This document shows positions 20,071-30,921 of a stretch of DNA of 64,000 nt, one piece after another. Source of the DNA: Diplonema japonicum (Eukaryota > Protista > Euglenozoa: Diplonemea). Location of the stretch: contig OZ025761.1 in the NCBI GenBank assembly GCA_964019335.1, positions 124,001 to 188,000 of the forward strand, read 5' to 3'. Both the position numbers and the translations under genes were made by a program. Position 1 is the stretch's first letter, and every line of letters begins with the position of its first letter. The notes beneath the pieces were generated by a model. The model was not told where the DNA came from. It did not search any database and saw only the letters and a list, made by a program, of their open reading frames with translations.

Positions 20071-21780
20071 ATGAGATGCACGCCACTGCTTTGCTTCATC
20101 CTGCCGACGGATGACGCTGCAACTATCTTCGTGAAGAAGCTGATCATGATTTCAGTGCTTTCATGTATGGTTATGATTGGTTTGAGCATCATATCAGTCG
20201 GTGGGAACACGTTCATTCAGGCAAGGAGGGTAGCAACTGTTGTGATCGCGGCGTCCGTGGGGGCGCAGCTCGTGATCGAGAAGAAGGTACGGTTTGGAGT
20301 ACTCGAGGCTTTTCTATACTTTATGGGTGTCGTGTTTTGCATGGGGGACCTTGTAGTAATTGCAGCGATGGTTGGGGAAAGGAAGTGGCCTTTCTTCATA
20401 CTGATGATTGATGTGTGCCTCGTGTGCAAGATGCCCACACGAGTCAGCACTATCCTCATAGCCATGCTCCTCACATGGCACCTTGTTGTTACAGCCGAGA
20501 GCTCTTTCCGCTTTGGGCTCTTCGACCTCTTCTTCCTAGCCAGCCAAGAGGACCGCTTCGAGGCTGTGGACTGCACTGAGCTCCCCTGCAAGGTACCTGT
20601 CACTCAAGCATGTATCGGTTTCGCTTCCAAGTCCATGATCTTCCTCCTGGACTTCTATTTCACCCGTGGCTTTGCATACGACCTCCAAAAGGAGCACGAC
20701 AAAATGAACAAAGTTATCACGGCGGCCGAGCAGATCTCCACCTCCCTCTCCCGCTTCGACCTCACCGCTGCTGAGTCTGTCATCAACGACGCCTCCCTCC
20801 CAGACCCCCTCTACGACTCTTTCAACCGCATCCTCTGCAACCTCCACATCTACCGTCCCTACCTTCCCCAGTCCTGTTTCCAGGGTGAAGACTTCACTGA
20901 TTCCTCTGAGTGTGGAGGGGAAAAGTCGCCCAGCGACTCGGATTCCTTTGCATCTACTAAGTCATTTGACTCCTCTGTAGCGTTCTCAGAAAACAAATTA
21001 GAATCCACGAAAGCACTCGAAGCCACGAGAGCACTCGAAAAGAAGCGATGTACCTTCACTGTGGCGAACATGCTTGGGTCACACAGCGAAGCATCGAGGG
21101 ACATCGTGGCATACCAAGTGAGGTACAAGGAGTTCATGGAGGAAGTCCTTTCCTGCTACTCCCGTGTGTCAGGTGTTGTGAGTGTTGTGGTTGGGGACCA
21201 TGTGCATGTTTCCTTCAATGCTGTGAGGAGGTGTGTAAGCCATGCTGTGAGTGCGATACAGGGGACAATGGATCTGCACACTGGGGCCCATGAGAAGGGG
21301 ATCGATGTGGTGACAGGGGTGGCGAGCGGGACAGCTTTCTGCGGCCCATTGGGATGTGCTGAGCTCATGTCGGTTGGAGTGATCGGACCCTCTGCTGTGG
21401 TGGCTTCTGTGGTTCAGGACTTTGCAAGGGCGCAGGGACTGAAGGTAGCCTGCAGTGGCAGTGTGTACAGCGAGGTGTCTCATGCCTTCACAATGCGGAT
21501 CGTGTTGGAAACGGTGGGGGTGGTGGGATCGAAGGCTGTTGAGCTTGGGTACGAGGTACTGGTGGAAAGCAATGACAAGGAGAAAGTCGAGGAGGAGTGG
21601 ATGTACCAGCTGGAGGAGCGTCCGTGGGATTCCTACAACACAGCAGGGAAGCAGTACCTCCTTGGGAACGTTGAGGAGGCCCTTCGTGTTCTGAGGATCG
21701 AACGGGTGAGGAGTGAAGAAGTTCTGGTCGCAGAGACCGTTTTGGTGAAGATTATTGAGAGAGGCATAACATGGAACTAA
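20071..21780 (+). CDS. Multi-TM protein with degenerate class III nucleotidyl cyclase domain (copy 1)
   Basis: About 6 hydrophobic segments, a coiled coil, YRPYLP linker, cyclase fold motifs (VVGDHVHVSFN, GVASG...GPLG, VIGP) and EEWMYQL. Confidence 0.75.
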   Translation: MRCTPLLCFILPTDDAATIFVKKLIMISVLSCMVMIGLSIISVGGNTFIQARRVATVVIAASVGAQLVIEKKVRFGVLEAFLYFMGVVFCMGDLVVIAAMVGERKWPFFILMIDVCLVCKMPTRVSTILIAMLLTWHLVVTAESSFRFGLFDLFFLASQEDRFEAVDCTELPCKVPVTQACIGFASKSMIFLLDFYFTRGFAYDLQKEHDKMNKVITAAEQISTSLSRFDLTAAESVINDASLPDPLYDSFNRILCNLHIYRPYLPQSCFQGEDFTDSSECGGEKSPSDSDSFASTKSFDSSVAFSENKLESTKALEATRALEKKRCTFTVANMLGSHSEASRDIVAYQVRYKEFMEEVLSCYSRVSGVVSVVVGDHVHVSFNAVRRCVSHAVSAIQGTMDLHTGAHEKGIDVVTGVASGTAFCGPLGCAELMSVGVIGPSAVVASVVQDFARAQGLKVACSGSVYSEVSHAFTMRIVLETVGVVGSKAVELGYEVLVESNDKEKVEEEWMYQLEERPWDSYNTAGKQYLLGNVEEALRVLRIERVRSEEVLVAETVLVKIIERGITWN

Positions 21781-21984
21781 TCACTTTGTGGCGATTGTCT
21801 TTGAAATGATTGGTTTCCACCAGTTATCAAATGACACCAGCCTGCTTTTGGTCTCTGGTATGACGTTATACTTCATCCGTCGACGCTTCTGGCGACCAGG
21901 CCGTCTTTTCTCCTTTTCCTTTTTCATTTCGTTCTGTTATTTTCATTATTCTTTTCGGCAACAGACTGATACAGATCATCTCTG

Positions 21985-22401
21985 AGTACTCCTGCGGTAT
22001 AGTGTCCTGCACAACACCTGAAGCATGAGATCAGAGCGCTGTTGAGGGACAAGCTAGGCGAGCTCGCGCTGGGCGTGAGATTTTTGGAGGGATCGAGACG
22101 GGCATTGACGAGGAGAGGACGAACCTCTTACACAACGAGATGGCGCGAGGAAGAAGCTTGCGCAATTGCTCCTACATCCCAGAGCCTACGGCGACTTGTC
22201 AGGCACACGTGCCATTTGGCATTGCCCAGCCAACGCCGACCGCAAGTGGCTAGTGCAAGAACACAGGTCACCCACCCTATCCTAGAGGAACAGTTATGAA
22301 CGCATTGCATCCTCAACAACTCGCTAGTTGGTTTCAACGCCTAAGCTGCTGAACCTGTCACATATTGCAGGTTCCCTTCAAAGACACCTTTATTATTTTT
22401 T
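21985..22401 (+). mobile_element. 3' fragment of T-tailed LINE family
   Basis: THPILEEQL..HCILNNSLVGF and the terminal motif cctgtcacatattgcaggttcccttcaaagaca + T-rich tail. Confidence 0.6.
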
Positions 22402-22629
22402 CAACTCTCTGTTTTCGTATGCAGTATGTATTCACCAGCTTTTTTACTTTTTCGCTTTATAGTGCACAAGCCTTCGCGTCCCGGTCCACAACCCTTTTCC
22501 TGTCTATGTCATGTTCACATCCCTGTCCCCGTCCTGTGGTACGCGTCCCGTCCCTACGCGGTACCTGTCGTTTGTAAACTTTCAAAAAAAAAAAAGAAAA
22601 AAAGAAACCACACACACACACACACACAC

Positions 22630-25600
22630 ATGGACCGTATTCTAGGAGTTCTGGGGAGGACAGCGAAGTACGTGGGTATCCAGTCCACCCTCTTAGTGGG
22701 AAGCTGGACGCCTCACAGAGAGTTCCTGGAATACCTCACGGACGGCGGCATCGACACGGATAAGCTGAAAACAAAGCTGAGCGGCCTCCTGAAAGACCAG
22801 AAGGGCATAGACCTGTACTGCAAGGACATCACATGGGAAGGGGGGACACTGTCCATCCTGCTGGGGAAGATACCTGAAGGCGACGACACCGAGATCGAGG
22901 TGAGCGTGGCAGAGCTAACATGGCAGAGAAGCAACGAGTCGAAAGGAGGAGACACAATGGAAGAAATCGCCACCGGGTGGGCACAGAGTCTATGCTCCAT
23001 CTCCTTCAACCTCACTGTGACCGTTCGTCGGGACAATCAGACGTTGCTGCACCTGACAACCCCTGGCACTACTAAAGACGACACCCTTGAGAGCATGACT
23101 TGCGAGCTCAAAGATTTGTCCGTCTCCTGCAAGGGTGCTCCGGCCTTCTCAATCCAAAATGTGTTCTGTTCCGTCAGCAAGAACCCCACAGTCGAGGCGA
23201 ATGTCATATCTGCCACGGTGTCCCCTGCGGCCGTCAACACGATCTTCGAAGTTGTCAGGATTATCTTACCCGATTCCTGCCTCAACCCTCTTCCCTTGTC
23301 CGACTCTGATGTTGTCTTGGGGCTCACTGTCGAAAAGCTCAGGGCAGACAAGATGCAAAGGTTCACCGCCACCAACGCCAAGATCACCCTCACGTCCAAC
23401 GGTGAGAGCCACACCGTACTCGACTCTCCTGGTGAGCTGACCGTCGACGTGTGTAAGAAGGAGGTGACCGCCAAGGGGAAGAAGTCCAGCACGCAGTTGG
23501 TCGCAGGCATCTCTTCGAGTAGCCACGTTTCTGTTGTGCTGCCGAGTGAAATGCTGAGACGGGTGGCCATCAGCGCCACTGACGCTGTATGAAAGAAAAT
23601 AAAAATTTGGGGGGGGGGGGGAAAGAGAAAACCATGCTTCGGGGGGGGGGGGTGAAAAGAAAAAAATAGAAAAATCCCTTTTTTTCCCACTACAGCTTAT
23701 CGCTCAATCTTATAAGGTTCTCTCGCTGGCTGCGTGTTGCATGATGGGGGGCTGGGAGGTGAAGAAGGAAAGTATGCGTGGGTGGTTCAAAAAAAAAAAA
23801 AAAAAAAAGTCGGTTTCGATCGTGAGGAAGTCTACAACACTTACACATCCGCAGAGGATGAAGCATCCCTGTCGTCAGATGACGAGCCCGAGACTGTTGT
23901 TCAAGTCAAGAGCTGTTTGAACTCCGCCGTGCGTGGGTCGTCACAGAACTTCCATTCATGCCTTAGCTTACAAGACTGCTCCAACGGAAGCCAGTTCCAG
24001 TCACTCAGATCATCACGGAGGGTGACCGTCATATCCCCCCGGAGCATCAAGAAACAATACCTCCCACCAAGTATTTCATTAAGCCCGGGCAGCAACGCTC
24101 CAATCCTAGATCTATCGCTTCCCTCCGTGACCTTCACCGTTGTGTCTTCACAGGACGAAGTCACACTAAAACTCCACTCCGTATCTGTGAAATCCTTCAC
24201 ATACATCACCGAATTATTCTGCGAGACGTCCACCGTGGTCCTCCCTAGAAACGCAAACCACACGCTCATGAAAATTACAGAGTGCAGCTTCAAACAGTCT
24301 GAATCGGGACATCAAGAGCTGAACATAAACAACGTCACCGCAAACCTTTCGAATCCGGGTCTAGTCTGGGCAACACGTGTCTTCTTTGAGCAGGTTCTTC
24401 AGGATCTTGCCGCGGTGGAACGTGCTGTTACACTGTACACGAAGGTCAGCAAACCGCCTCCAAAGGAGAAGAGCTTCTCGCACCGCATAAAGAAGATCAA
24501 GGTGAAAACACCGTCCAATTGCGGGCTGAGCTGGAGAATGGAAGAGTTCAAGGCTTCGATCGGCGGGCTGTGCGTCGAAAACATCACGATCAAGGACATG
24601 GAAACAAACACTGATCTGGTAAAAGCCACATACGCCGAGGCTGCCAAACTGGACGGCTACAGCGTCAGTCTCAACGAGCTGCGTGTCAAGGAAACACTGG
24701 ATTTGAAACTCCTGAAGCTGATCCCTGTTGTGAAGACGATTATAGCAGTCAATTACAAGAACGAGTTCACGCCATGTGAGACCACCACCACCACCACTAG
24801 TAAGGAACCATCACAACCGACTCCCATCACCATCAACCTCCCGAACAACGAGATATCTGTGGAGGATCTCCGTATCGACGTCCCATCGTTCAAGGGCGAA
24901 CTGACCGCTGATGGTGATATCGAATTCAAAATTGATTCGGTGTCCATGGCGGGGATGGCTGAGACTTTCTACAATGCAGTCGAGAAATCGCAGAAGTCAA
25001 TAGACACATCACTGTTGCTCCCAGAGGACCACCCTAACGCCTTTCCTACTATGAGTGACACAGTCGAACCTAACGGCCCGGCCGACATCTTTAAAAAACT
25101 CATTTTCGAATGCAATGCGGTAAGCCTGCGGTTGGACAATGCAGTGGATTCGGAAACCGTGCCGGACGCGGTTCTTCTCGTTCCGAAGGTGCGTGTTGAA
25201 TGGTTGGAGTCCTTTAGGGGCGAGGCGAGCATTAGTTTTCAAGACTTCAGCCTTCAAGGAGAAGGCCCCTCCGTCACAAGGAATTACGTCGGGGCGTACA
25301 GCGAAACTGAGGCAGGGTTCTACATAAACTTCACGAAGAAGAGCGGGAACAGGTGGAAGGTAGGAATTGTCACCCCTAAGATGTACGTTCATAAGGATGC
25401 CTTCTACGTCGTGAAAAAGATTCAATCTGAAGTCCTGTCAAGAATCTCAAGTGACGATGCTGTTGACGTACGGCCTGCTCCTTCTGTGCGAGGTGATGAG
25501 CTGCTTGTTTATCTCAAGTTTGATCCTATCGTTTTCTGGTACGTGCTCCTTGGGGAGCCTGATTCTACGATGCAGGTCAGCGTGCCTTTTGTGATACGGA

Positions 25601-25785
25601 TGCCCGGTGCCCTTCGCAAATTCGTACCCGTTACCGATCTGTTCTGGCCTTTGTTGGGGGCCGTGATTTACGGCCTCGCCACCACGTGGTTGAGCAATTG
25701 CGTGAAAAAAGTGATCGGCCAGGAACCGACAACGAAAAAAGAATTTTTGAAACTGGCCACCACGGTGGTCCAAGGGAAAGAATAA
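22630..25785 (+). CDS. ~1000-aa beta-rich protein, possibly ATG2/VPS13 (chorein-N, repeating beta-groove) family; introns 23587-23695 and 23772-23809
   Basis: Two GT-AG introns join ORFs 22426-23592 and 23734-25785 in frame. The N-terminus (FLEYL..IDTDKL..L...IDL....GGTLSI..IP) resembles chorein-N, followed by alternating beta-strand patterns. Confidence 0.5.
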
Positions 25786-26004
25786 AAAATGGGGGAGGAG
25801 TGAACGCCCCTCATTTCTTTTTTTGTTTTTGTTTTTTTTTTTGCTTTGAACATATTGATTTAACGAATTGTTATTAAAAAAGAGTAGTGGCACAAACAAT
25901 CAACCGACTTGCTTTTTTCTCTTTTTTCTCTTTTTTTTTTTTTTTTTTCTTTTTTTTTTTTTTTATGGGGTGATCCCCTTAAGCATCGCCTTTTTTTTTT
26001 TCCA

Positions 26005-26133
26005 GGTGGTGGGGATAACATGGAAATATAAAGAAGTACATCAGATGTGTTGTTCACTGTTGACCTCCTCGTCGGTCATCACCGGTAGCGCCCAAGTGGA
26101 AGAAGCAGATGCTCTGGGTGGCGAACAGGCAGC
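26005..26133 (+). ncRNA. HDV-like self-cleaving ribozyme
   Basis: P1 GGTGGTG/CATCACC; P3 ACC/GGT; L3 TCCTCGTC; P1.1 GG; P4 CGCCCA/TGGGTG; J4/2 G-C-GAA (C26122); P2 CTGTTG/CA(G)GCAG. Confidence 0.8.
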
Positions 26134-26317
26134 AAACTACACGGGCTCAGAATCTTGGTTACCCGGGGCGCCCCGGCTGGGGTTGAGCTGCACACCGCAC
26201 GCATTAAGGACACGACGCGGAACGCAGAAGAAGCTACAGCTAGGCCGAGGTGCGCCCCCTGTAATCAAGTAGATGGTGCTTGTGCAGGGTGCCCCCACCG
26301 GCTTCCTTTAAATCATC

Positions 26318-26349
<32 letters not shown>
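26005..26349 (+). mobile_element. Ribozyme-headed, T-tailed SINE-like element, copy 1
   Basis: Repeated at 52506, 55766-56085 (minus) and 63897, with the same 5' boundary and a T-tail. Confidence 0.85.
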
Positions 26350-26352
<3 letters not shown>

Positions 26353-27302
26353 GGTGGTCCTCAAGTGGGATTTGTCCTTAAACATCGCCTTTTTTTTTTT
26401 AAAACTGGGCGAGGCTTTCCAGAAGGGGTGCATTAAAGAAACTAACAGATGTTCACTTTGCAGCCTTCACACCCACGAACAGTGCAGTGGGAGGAACACT
26501 GTGCCGCCCCTTTTCTTTCCATGTCTCTCTTCTTACAAGCCCTTGTTACATTTTTGAGGGAGCTGCCCAGCGGTAGGTGCAACGATTTGTTAAATTTAAA
26601 AAAAAGCTTTTTTTTTTTTTTTTTTTTTTGTTCTAACCCGGGTTTTACTTGTTAGGTGAACCCCCCAACAGCGATCCCTTCTACGATGCCTTTTTTTCCC
26701 CTTCTTCTCTTTTCTTTTTCTTTTTCTTCTGAGGCTAGGGTGGCACCTATGTTCTAACCGTACTCTGTGCTCTCTTGTTATTTTTTATTATTATTATTTT
26801 TTTTTTTAGTCGTGTCGCTTCATTCGGTTGATTGCCCCCCCCCCCCCACCCCTATTTAGTGATTTCCTTCTTTTCTAAATGTGTGATGATGATACCTTTG
26901 ATAAGCCAACATTTTCTTTTTACCAAACCAAGAAGCAGCAGTTTCCCATTTGGCCTCGGCCTCGGCAGCCATTTACGAGAAAGCGATTCTTTCCCCTAAA
27001 GGACCAGAATTGCTCACGGAGAAAACCAATGTCTCCTCTTTCCTGCCAATCTGACATGGGGGCCGGTACATAGCTATGCCAAGCCGTAAATCAATGGAAT
27101 GGGTTTGCGGGTCTGCGGTTGGTGTAGTTGCCTCTGTTACACAGGTTAACGTTCTTTTTTTTTTGCATCTCAATCTTCACAGTTTTCATAAAACGATTAT
27201 GTTGCTCAGGGGGCTTAGCCACCATGGCTGGGCTGCAGGGTGCGACGACTTCGACGGCAAGTGGCACGACAGTGCTTCGGATGCCCTATGACGGTGACAA
27301 GC

Positions 27303-27349
27303 ACAGGCTGACGCAACAGGCTGACGCAACAGGCTGACGCAACAGGCTG
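27303..27349 (+). repeat. 13-bp tandem repeat ACAGGCTGACGCA x3.6
   Basis: Directly visible in the sequence. Confidence 0.9.
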
Positions 27350-28294
27350 CGTGCTGGCTTCGAAGTACGGCACTGTTCACGTGGACGGCGACGCTGTGGC
27401 ACCTGTGGGCGGACTTCTGCAGGCTCTAGACATGCACGGGAAGTCCTTACCTTGGCATGGAGACGGAATGATCAGCTGGAGCAACAGGATAACGTGGACG
27501 CGGACGAAGAAGGACAGCGCGACGACAAGCCCACAGGTGCTCGACCGTCTTGGTGAACTAGAAAAAATGCGGGCTCAAAGAGCAGGTCGCCAACTTGACC
27601 CTGCAGTTGGAGAACGTGACTGCAACGTGCTGCGGGGGAGCAGGCGGAGTCCCTAATGGCCAGCAGGACGAGATCCAGCAACTCCGAGAAGAAGTGGCAA
27701 ACGGGACTGCAGGCCCCCGGTCGGGACGGCTATTGCACCATCGCACCCAACGTGACGTCTGTCTACGTCCCCGTGACACGATACGTGTACAAGAACGCCG
27801 GGAAGGCCAACAACAGGCGCGTGGTCGGGGGGACTGCGATCCGTGCCGGTAGCTCGAGCGGGAACCCTTCGATGCAGACACACCACCATCACCGACGATG
27901 TAACAACATGTACAATGTGCGATGTATTCCTACTTTGGGAACGAGCTGGTGTTCTGGCGTGCAAGATGAATTTGTTGAAATTCAAAGATGAGAAGGCATT
28001 CGAAGAATGTGACTTCGACCGTGCGGACCTGCTTGTTGGGAAGTTGGATTTCGATGGACTGGAATTAGCAGGGAAGAACTTCAGCTTGGAACTTAAGACA
28101 ATTGGCAGTCACTACTTTGGATCAACATCCTTGGGAAAACCTGACCCCGACAGGAGGGAGCAGTGCTGGGACAGTAAGGTAACGCTCGATGCCAAAGGGA
28201 TGGGGCAGAACGTGAGGCTTGAGGTGCAATTGCAGGCTGAAGGGGGCGGTGGCCGCCATGGGAAGACAGCTGATCTCTTATGAAACCAGAATGC

Positions 28295-28447
28295 AAACCA
28301 CTAAAACCCGATTTTGACCCTAAAACTGAATTTTTCATAGGTCAAAAAAGCGATTTCTGACCGAGGTTCATGAGAATTCTTTTTTGAAAGTGTCAATTGG
28401 CCTCATTATGAGGGTTTTTTTTTTTTTTTTGAAATCGACCCATATAT
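28295..28447. mobile_element. Terminal segment of the Sola-like transposon family
   Basis: 28296-28358 is the reverse complement of ~2041-2113. 28386-28447 matches 7229-7283 (gaaagtgtcaattggcctcatt...ccatatat). Confidence 0.7.
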
Positions 28448-28611
28448 CTCGTTAACTATTTATGATTACCTGATTTCAAGGTAAATGTTTATGGTGCACA
28501 AGCTTACGCCCCCGCAACCTGCTCCCACGGCGCCTTCCGGAACCTCATCGAACTCCAGTCGTTCTTCTTTTTTTTCTTTTCTGAGACTTCTTTCCGCGCT
28601 CACAACAGGAA

Positions 28612-30321
28612 ATGAGATGCACGCCACTGCTTTGCTTCATCCTGCCGACGGATGACGCTGCAACAATCTTCGTTAAGAAGCTGATCATGATTTCGGTGCT
28701 TGCCACTTTCGTTTTGGTTTGTACGAACCTCATAACAGTCGGTGGGAACGTTGTGATTCAGGCAAGTAAGGTAGCAACTGTGGTGGTCGCGGCGTCCGTG
28801 GGGGCACAGCTCGTGATCGAGAAGAAGGTGCGGCTTGGAGTTTATGAGGCTTTTCTATACTTTATGGGTGTCGTGGTTTTCAAGGCGGACCTTGTAGCAA
28901 TTGCAGTGATGGATGGGGACAGGATGTGGCCTTTCTTCGTAGTGATGATTGATGCGTGCCTCGTGTGCAAGATGCCCACGCGAGTCAGCACTAACCTCAT
29001 AGCAATGCTCCTCACATGGCTCCTTGTTGTTGCCGCCGAGAGCTCTTTCCGATTTGGGCTCTTCGACCTCTTCTTCCTACCTAGCCAAGAGGACCGCTTC
29101 GAGGTTGTGGACTGCACTGAGCTCCCCTGCAAGTTACCTGTCACTCAATCATCTGCTGGTTACGCCACCAAGAGCATTATCTTCCTCCTGGACTTCTACT
29201 TCACCCGTGGCTTTGCATACGACCTCCAAAAGGAGCACGACAAGATGAACAAAGTTATCACGGCGGCCGAGCAGATCTCCACCTCCCTCTCCCGCTTCGA
29301 CCTCACCGCTGCTGAGTCTGTCATCAACGACGCCTCCCTCCCAGACCCCCTCTACGACTCTTTCAACCGCATCCTCTGCAACCTCCACATCTACCGTCCC
29401 TACCTTCCCCAGTCCTGTTTCCAGGGTGAAGACTTCACTGATTCCTCTGAGTGTGGAGGGGAAAAGTCGCCCAGCGACTCGGATTCCTTTGCATCCACTA
29501 AGTCATTTAGCTCTTCTGTAGCGTTCTCAGAAAACAAATTAGAATCCACGAAAGCACTCGAAGCCACGAGAGCACTCGAAAAGAGGAGATGTACCTTCAC
29601 TGTGGCGAACATGCTTGGGTCACACAGCGAAGCATCGAGGGACATCGTGGCATACCAAGTGAGGTACAAGGAGTTCATGGAGGAAGTCCTTTCCTGCTAC
29701 TCCCGTGTGTCAGGTGTTGTGAGTGTTGTGGTTGGGGACCATGTGCATGTTTCCTTCAATGCTGTGAGGAGGTGTGTAAGCCATGCTGTGAGTGCGATAC
29801 AGGGGACAATGGATCTGCACACTGGGGCCCATGAGAAGGGGATCGATGTGGTGACAGGGGTGGCGAGCGGGACAGCTTTCTGCGGCCCATTGGGATGTGC
29901 TGAGCTCATGTCGGTTGGAGTGATCGGACCCTCTGCTGTGGTGGCTTCTGTGGTTCAGGACTTTGCAAGGGCGCAGGGACTGAAGGTAGCCTGCAGTGGC
30001 AGTGTGTACAGCGAGGTGTCTCATGCCTTCACAATGCGGATCGTGTTGGAAACGGTGGGGGTGGTGGGATCGAAGGCTGTTGAGCTTGGGTACGAGGTAC
30101 TGGTGGAAAGCAATGACAAGGAGAAAGTCGAGGAGGAGTGGATGTACCAGCTGGAGGAGCGTCCGTGGGATTCCTACAACACAGCAGGGAAGCAGTACCT
30201 CCTTGGGAACGTTGAGGAGGCCCTTCGTGTTCTGAGGATCGAACGGGTGAGGAGTGAAGAAGTTCTGGTCGCAGAGACCGTTTTGGTGAAGATTATTGAG
30301 GGAGGCATAACATGGAACTAA
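28612..30321 (+). CDS. Multi-TM pseudo-cyclase (copy 2)
   Basis: 569 aa; the C-terminal two-thirds is almost identical to copy 1. Confidence 0.75.
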   Translation: MRCTPLLCFILPTDDAATIFVKKLIMISVLATFVLVCTNLITVGGNVVIQASKVATVVVAASVGAQLVIEKKVRLGVYEAFLYFMGVVVFKADLVAIAVMDGDRMWPFFVVMIDACLVCKMPTRVSTNLIAMLLTWLLVVAAESSFRFGLFDLFFLPSQEDRFEVVDCTELPCKLPVTQSSAGYATKSIIFLLDFYFTRGFAYDLQKEHDKMNKVITAAEQISTSLSRFDLTAAESVINDASLPDPLYDSFNRILCNLHIYRPYLPQSCFQGEDFTDSSECGGEKSPSDSDSFASTKSFSSSVAFSENKLESTKALEATRALEKRRCTFTVANMLGSHSEASRDIVAYQVRYKEFMEEVLSCYSRVSGVVSVVVGDHVHVSFNAVRRCVSHAVSAIQGTMDLHTGAHEKGIDVVTGVASGTAFCGPLGCAELMSVGVIGPSAVVASVVQDFARAQGLKVACSGSVYSEVSHAFTMRIVLETVGVVGSKAVELGYEVLVESNDKEKVEEEWMYQLEERPWDSYNTAGKQYLLGNVEEALRVLRIERVRSEEVLVAETVLVKIIEGGITWN

Positions 30322-30570
30322 TCACTTTGTGGCGATTGTCTTTGAAATGATTGGTTTCCACCAGTTATCAAATGACACCAGCCTGCTTTTGGTCTCTGGT
30401 ATGACGTTACTTCATCCGTCGACGCTTCTGGGCCAGCATTTTCTGCCGTCTATTCTCCTCTTCCTTTTTCACTTCGTTCTGTTATTTTCATTATTCTTTC
30501 CGGCAATAGACTGATACGGGCCATGGAAGCAACTTCTGCTTAATTACTGGATGGTTCCTGTTTTCGCGGG

Positions 30571-30867
30571 ATCCTCATAGCAATGCTGCTCACATGGCTC
30601 CTTGTTGTTACTGTCGAGAGCTCTTTCCGCTTCGACCTCTTCTTCCTAACCAGCCAAGAGGACCGCTTCGAGGTTGTGGACTGCACTGAGCTCCCCTGCA
30701 AGGTACTTGTCACTCGGTATCAGCTTCGTTACTAGGTCCATGATCTTCCTCCTGGACTTCTACGTCACCCGTGGCTTTGCATACGACCTCCAAATGGAGC
30801 ACAAGATGAACAAGGTTATCACGGCGGCCGAGCAGATCTCCACCTCCCTCTCCCGCTTCAACCTCAC
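30571..30867 (+). pseudogene. Internal fragment of pseudo-cyclase gene
   Basis: Matches the TM5-to-coiled-coil coding region, with small deletions. Confidence 0.7.
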
Positions 30868-30921
30868 TTCTGATCCAACTTTTGTTTGTACCCATATAAT
30901 AAAGGTTGGGGGTTTTTTTAA

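Noticed and set aside
26881-27055. C/D box snoRNA (GTGATGA...CTGA)
   Set aside because: No terminal stem or recognisable guide; boxes this short occur by chance.
27303-27349. CRISPR-like array
   Set aside because: Head-to-tail 13-bp repeat with no spacers, in a eukaryotic context.
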